Origin: Psammoneis japonica
Lineage: Eukaryota
Assembly (NCBI GenBank): GCA_008632985.1
Contig: QPGO01000383.1
Location: 1-35,359, forward strand
Direction: 5' to 3'
DNA length: 35,359 bases
The notes under the pieces were generated by a model. It had not been told where the DNA came from, searched no databases, and worked only from the letters and a program-made list of their open reading frames with translations. Position numbers and translations under genes: made by a program. Each line of letters begins with the position of its first letter. The stretch's first letter is position 1. This document shows, one piece after another, positions 31,235-35,359 of this stretch.

Positions 31235-32881
31235 CTAAACAAAATCATAATGCTCTCGAAATCCATCTAAATCACGTGATGCCGCCAAGGGGATTAGATC
31301 CCACCTCTCACAACACGACAAGGCAATCCGTAGATAACTCCAACAATGCGTTGCCGACGGGTTGAGACTGAGTGTCTGTAAATAGCATCTCGCCGCATCC
31401 TCGTAATTGGACAGATTGGAGTGAGAAATGGCCATGTTAAGCCAGGCACGAGCGTAGCGTGGTTTCAGTTGTAATGCGTCGTGGTATGCATGAAGCGCAT
31501 CGTTGGATTGATTACTATTGGCTAATGTTGCTCCAAGCTTGTTGTGTAGCTGATAATTGTCCGGATGCGTCTCGAGAGCCTTGCGAAAGCAATCAATCGC
31601 CTTGTCGTAGTTTCGACTGACATTGTACACGACACCCAAGGCTTCTCGGACATCGGCAGCGGTAGTGTCGTCGCCTGTGCAACACGTCAAAGCGTGCTGC
31701 AGCAGGCGTTGGACTTTGTCTTGGGGGCTTTCATTTTCAATAGACGCCAGTTCCATTCCAGCGAATTGAGGATTGTGCGTAATGTACTTTTGCAAATTAT
31801 CCAATGCGCGTTCATGGTTCAATTCATTAACATACGAAACGCCCAATGCCAAGAGTGCTTGTGTTGAATATGGATCTCGATCAACAGCGTTTTCCAGAGC
31901 AGCAATCGCCCTGGAATCCTCGTCGTTTTCGGCATGGCACTTTCCTAGCATGAGCCACGCGGTAGCATTGTCCTCGTCAACATGACGGAGCTCGGTCTCA
32001 AAACTAGCAACAGCCTTTCGGGTGAAGCCCTCTTCAAACTCCTTCATACCACGAGCCATCCAATCAATCGATTCATCCGAGGGATGCTCTCGTGATTCTT
32101 CGCTAAATTCATACGCTTCTCGTTCCTGCTCAAGTACGTCTTGAGCTTGTGGTGACGTCCACAAATTGGCAGCTTCATGATTCGCATCGGCGTATTCTTG
32201 CTTGTACTCTGCCTCCGCTTCTGCCCATGCCTTGGCCAATTCTTCAATTGTGGCACCCTGTACAATTCCTTCGTGTCCTACCGTGGCGACATCCTCCTCC
32301 TCCTCCAATATTCCCTCGTGCCAATTATCAATCGTGACGTTTTCTGCGTGTTCCTCGACTTGTTCCTGTACAGCATCCTGTACTGTTTCTTGTTGTTGTA
32401 GCTCTGTTTGTCTAGCTTGCAGTTGTTGCTGATGCTGATGTAAGTGATGCTGTTGTTGAATCATCATTTGCTGCTGAATGTGTTGTTGCATTCGCATATG
32501 TTGATGATGCATTTGCATCTGTTGCTGAGGATGCATGTGCATCTGATGAGCATGATGCTGCATCATCATGGGTCCTGCCGTGTTATGTTGTTGGTGGTGA
32601 ATTGCAGGACGACTACTCTCATTCCACGCTCGATTCATCATTGTCGGATTCCTCTGTGTTGTATTAGTAGCAGGTGGCGGTACAGCCATGGTAGTACTTG
32701 GCATGGCCAGAGCCGTCGGTGGTGCATGAGGCATAGCGACCGCGTTGCTCATGCTGGCATGTCCCAAAAAGGAGGCCATGCTTTTCATGACGGAATCATT
32801 GTTGTTGCTTCCTACCGTTTGTCCAATGACGGCAGCTGCCGCACGGTCGATGGTGGAGCCGGCAGCTCCACAGTCGGCCAT
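31235..32881 (-). CDS. PEX5: Peroxisomal targeting signal 1 receptor (TPR protein)
   Basis: N-terminal Cys (MADCG). TPRs AWLMLGKCHAENDED..AI.AL, ALLALGVSYVNE, NKLGATLANSNQS..A...Y..AL.LKPRY.RA..N.AIS..NL. First plausible ATG at 32881. Confidence 0.93.
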   Translation of the reverse strand: MADCGAAGSTIDRAAAAVIGQTVGSNNNDSVMKSMASFLGHASMSNAVAMPHAPPTALAMPSTTMAVPPPATNTTQRNPTMMNRAWNESSRPAIHHQQHNTAGPMMMQHHAHQMHMHPQQQMQMHHQHMRMQQHIQQQMMIQQQHHLHQHQQQLQARQTELQQQETVQDAVQEQVEEHAENVTIDNWHEGILEEEEDVATVGHEGIVQGATIEELAKAWAEAEAEYKQEYADANHEAANLWTSPQAQDVLEQEREAYEFSEESREHPSDESIDWMARGMKEFEEGFTRKAVASFETELRHVDEDNATAWLMLGKCHAENDEDSRAIAALENAVDRDPYSTQALLALGVSYVNELNHERALDNLQKYITHNPQFAGMELASIENESPQDKVQRLLQHALTCCTGDDTTAADVREALGVVYNVSRNYDKAIDCFRKALETHPDNYQLHNKLGATLANSNQSNDALHAYHDALQLKPRYARAWLNMAISHSNLSNYEDAARCYLQTLSLNPSATHCWSYLRIALSCCERWDLIPLAASRDLDGFREHYDFV

Positions 32882-33376
32882 GGTCTCTGAAAATAAAAAA
32901 AATTGTGACACATTTTTCGTGACGCGACGAGCGACGAGGGCAGACTCTGAATAAATCGCGCGATGATCACGCGACACGATTACTGTAGTGCAAGCACAAA
33001 GTTCTAAGATTGATCGGCAGCAACAACAAAGCTCACAGCTCGTTCTCGTCGTCTCGTTCTTCAGGAGGCATGCTAGAATGGCTAATTGCAGCCAATGTTT
33101 TCGTACTTTCACTGAAAGAACCCAAGTGTGGATTATCTTGCTGTTTCATTTAGAATAGTCCAACCTCTAAGCCGACTCTACAGTCTTTCTAATACCAGTA
33201 CAGAGGCCACCACGAAGCTAAAAAAATCCCGAAGCATTCGTTCCTTGTCTCATTGTAGTAAAATGAAAAGAGCAACCTCTAAAACATCTGAATCGTCATG
33301 ATGACCTTATTTTGAAGGCAAAACAGTTATACTCTAGAGAATACTCTCGATTTTAAACAACGAAATATTCAATTCC

Positions 33377-34039
33377 TTATGATTCAAAAAGCCCTTCTTC
33401 ATCAAACTCCCACTCATCGTCGTCATCCACTTTATCAAAATCAATTCCCTTTACCATTCCTTCCGGTACATCCACACTTTCACGTTTGTATCCCGACGCC
33501 ACCTTGTCAATTAAATACATGACATCGACCGCCGCCGACACGTCGGCTTGTGCAAAGGACAAGTTTGGAATCGTCTTCATGTGACTCAACCGTTGTGCCA
33601 AGGTGTGTCGAATCGGTTTGGAGCTTCGAACCAACCACGAGTAGGCTCGGCGCTTGTCCACGGCATCATCTCCCCGAATGGAAACCGTCACTCGTGCTTG
33701 ACGGAGATCGGGAGAAACATTGACGTGCACGACACTAATGCATTGTCGTACGTCCGAATCGAGATAATCCACGTCACGGCCTTTAATGTTGCCACTGTGA
33801 ATAATTTGAGATAATTCGGTACCAACCAGTCGACCGACACGTTCTTGACGTTTGGAACGTTCGGCTCCGGTGGATCTGGAAGAAGAAGAAGAAGAGTAAT
33901 ATGACATGCTGAGAGTTGATGTATGTTGTCTTGGTTGTGTTGGAATTGGTGCTTGGAACGAGTGAACCGCAAGGCTATTTATGAAAATCACCGCCAGCAA
34001 TATGAATCCATAACAAACAGTAGCTTTCAAACTTCTCAT
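33377..34039 (-). CDS. rbfA: Ribosome-binding factor A, plastid-targeted
   Basis: RQERVGRLV..ELSQII, ISVVHVNVSPDLRQARV.VS, IRHTLAQRL.HMK..PNLSF. Signal peptide followed by S-FQAP (ASAFAP-like). ATG at 34039. Confidence 0.9.
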   Translation of the reverse strand: MRSLKATVCYGFILLAVIFINSLAVHSFQAPIPTQPRQHTSTLSMSYYSSSSSSRSTGAERSKRQERVGRLVGTELSQIIHSGNIKGRDVDYLDSDVRQCISVVHVNVSPDLRQARVTVSIRGDDAVDKRRAYSWLVRSSKPIRHTLAQRLSHMKTIPNLSFAQADVSAAVDVMYLIDKVASGYKRESVDVPEGMVKGIDFDKVDDDDEWEFDEEGLFES

Positions 34040-34490
34040 GATACACAAGCTTTCTTTCTACTGACAACGTCTTCACTGATGTGATGGATGATTCGGCGAG
34101 TGTCGACGGCTTGCGTTCATGCTGGTTCGTTGAGCTCTGCTTGCGTTCGTTCAGTGGTCGTCGGCGAACCTCGCGCAAATCGCGCGTTTTCTGAGTTCAC
34201 CATGAATTGCATCCTTCATCCTGTAGAATCGTATTTATCGAATTGCGTCACGATTTAGTACGTCAGCCACAATTATGGATCCATCTCTTGCGTGGTCCTC
34301 CGTGTTTTTTGCTCGTGCTTTCGTTCATCGTCACTCATTTTTCTTTTTGTTCTTTCGTCATTCCAATTCACGCCATTCCATCGCACTATCTTCCTTGTGA
34401 GAATCGGGTTTTGTAAAAGCTGCTGGAGTTACTTACTTGTGTATGAGAAGAAGTGTCCTTTTCCTTTCTAATCAACTAGTATTCGACAAC

Positions 34491-35359
34491 ATGAGAATTA
34501 GCAAGACCGCAGCAGTGGCTCTCTTGGGCATTTCCACAAGCACGACAACGACCAATCAGCTCTTTTGCAATGGCTTTTCTTCGTTATCTACTACAGCCAT
34601 AAAACGTCATTCGTTTTCCATTGTCCCAACATCATCATCATCAAGCATCGTGACACAACGCTTTGCTTCGACTCTTTCGGATCAAGCAGTTGAAACAACG
34701 AGTAGTACTACACCGCAATCCCTGATCCCAACCGGTAAACCCATTGCAGAAGAGCCATGTTTCGTATTTCAAGGGTGGATTGGCTGCCGTTCGAATCCGT
34801 GATGACATGACAACAACGAAAACGACTCCAACAACCAAAACGACATCCTCCTCTTCACTCTTTTCGGGACCACCTACTCCCATGGAAACCAATAAGCCGG
34901 CAGGCAGTCAGGGAGATATTTGATGGGAAAACAAGTGGTGTTTCCCAATGGCGCCGTGGACTCGTGGTGGCTCAACGGTTTCCTCTCGTGTTTGTCTTGA
35001 GTATGCCGACCACGATTTGCAAGTGGATGGTACAGTGTCGGTTCTTGATAGCATGGCGTGTGTCTCGGTCGGTAAGGGAGTGGTGGATTGTTTTGGCAAT
35101 TCTCTCGTCGAAAATAGCAGCAACACGGAGAATGAATCTTCTTCTTCCAAATCAAGAGCCATTTTCTCTCCCATCCCCAAAGTTTCGGATATCGGTCTCA
35201 TCAACTCACCATTACTTACGGGAACAACCATGGTGGATGCCTTGGCACCGTTGGTAAGGACAAAACATGCTTGTGGTTGGATGTGTATGAATGAAATGAG
35301 AAATTTTGCAAAGACAATGCCGATACGCAGTTGCGGATTGGAGCGACCAATGAAAAAAC
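34491..35359 (+). CDS. Divergent ATP synthase F1 alpha-like protein with bipartite presequence; partial, several -1 frameshifts
   Basis: Signal-like N-terminus, CNG-FSS cleavage motif and Ser/Thr-rich transit-like segment. Downstream frames read VVDCFGN..RAIFSPIP....INSPLLTGTTMVDALAP.GKGQNMLVVG (compare F1-alpha VVDALG..PLQTG..AID...PIGRGQRELIIG). Confidence 0.65.

Noticed and set aside
32882..33112. N-terminal extension of the PEX5 ORF
   Set aside because: Non-ATG start; the conserved N-terminal Cys follows ATG 32881.

Overview
Eukaryotic nuclear DNA, most likely from a diatom. Support: short GT-AG introns, bipartite plastid-targeting presequences and an AdoMetDC-aminopropyltransferase fusion. 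Ordinary genes lie at both ends: the AdoMetDC-spermidine-synthase-like fusion and a membrane TKL kinase on the left; PEX5, plastid RbfA and a divergent F1-alpha-like gene on the right. Between them is a ~24 kb repeat-rich island with two standout signals. (1) A possible Notch-type EGF glycosylation module: an ER-targeted POFUT1-EOGT fusion gene (five -1 frameshifts, ends LDEL), a second GT61, and a small secreted EGF-repeat gene plus a dead paralog, whose repeats carry the O-fucose and O-GlcNAc acceptor consensus sites. (2) Repeat-restricted hypermutation that removes almost all TpA by TpA>TpG/CpA, i.e. A>G on either strand, the reverse of fungal RIP. It is visible directly by aligning the intact EGF gene with its mutated duplicate and is partly decoupled from CpG decay. 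All assignments are by-eye motif recognition and manual counts; no searches were run.
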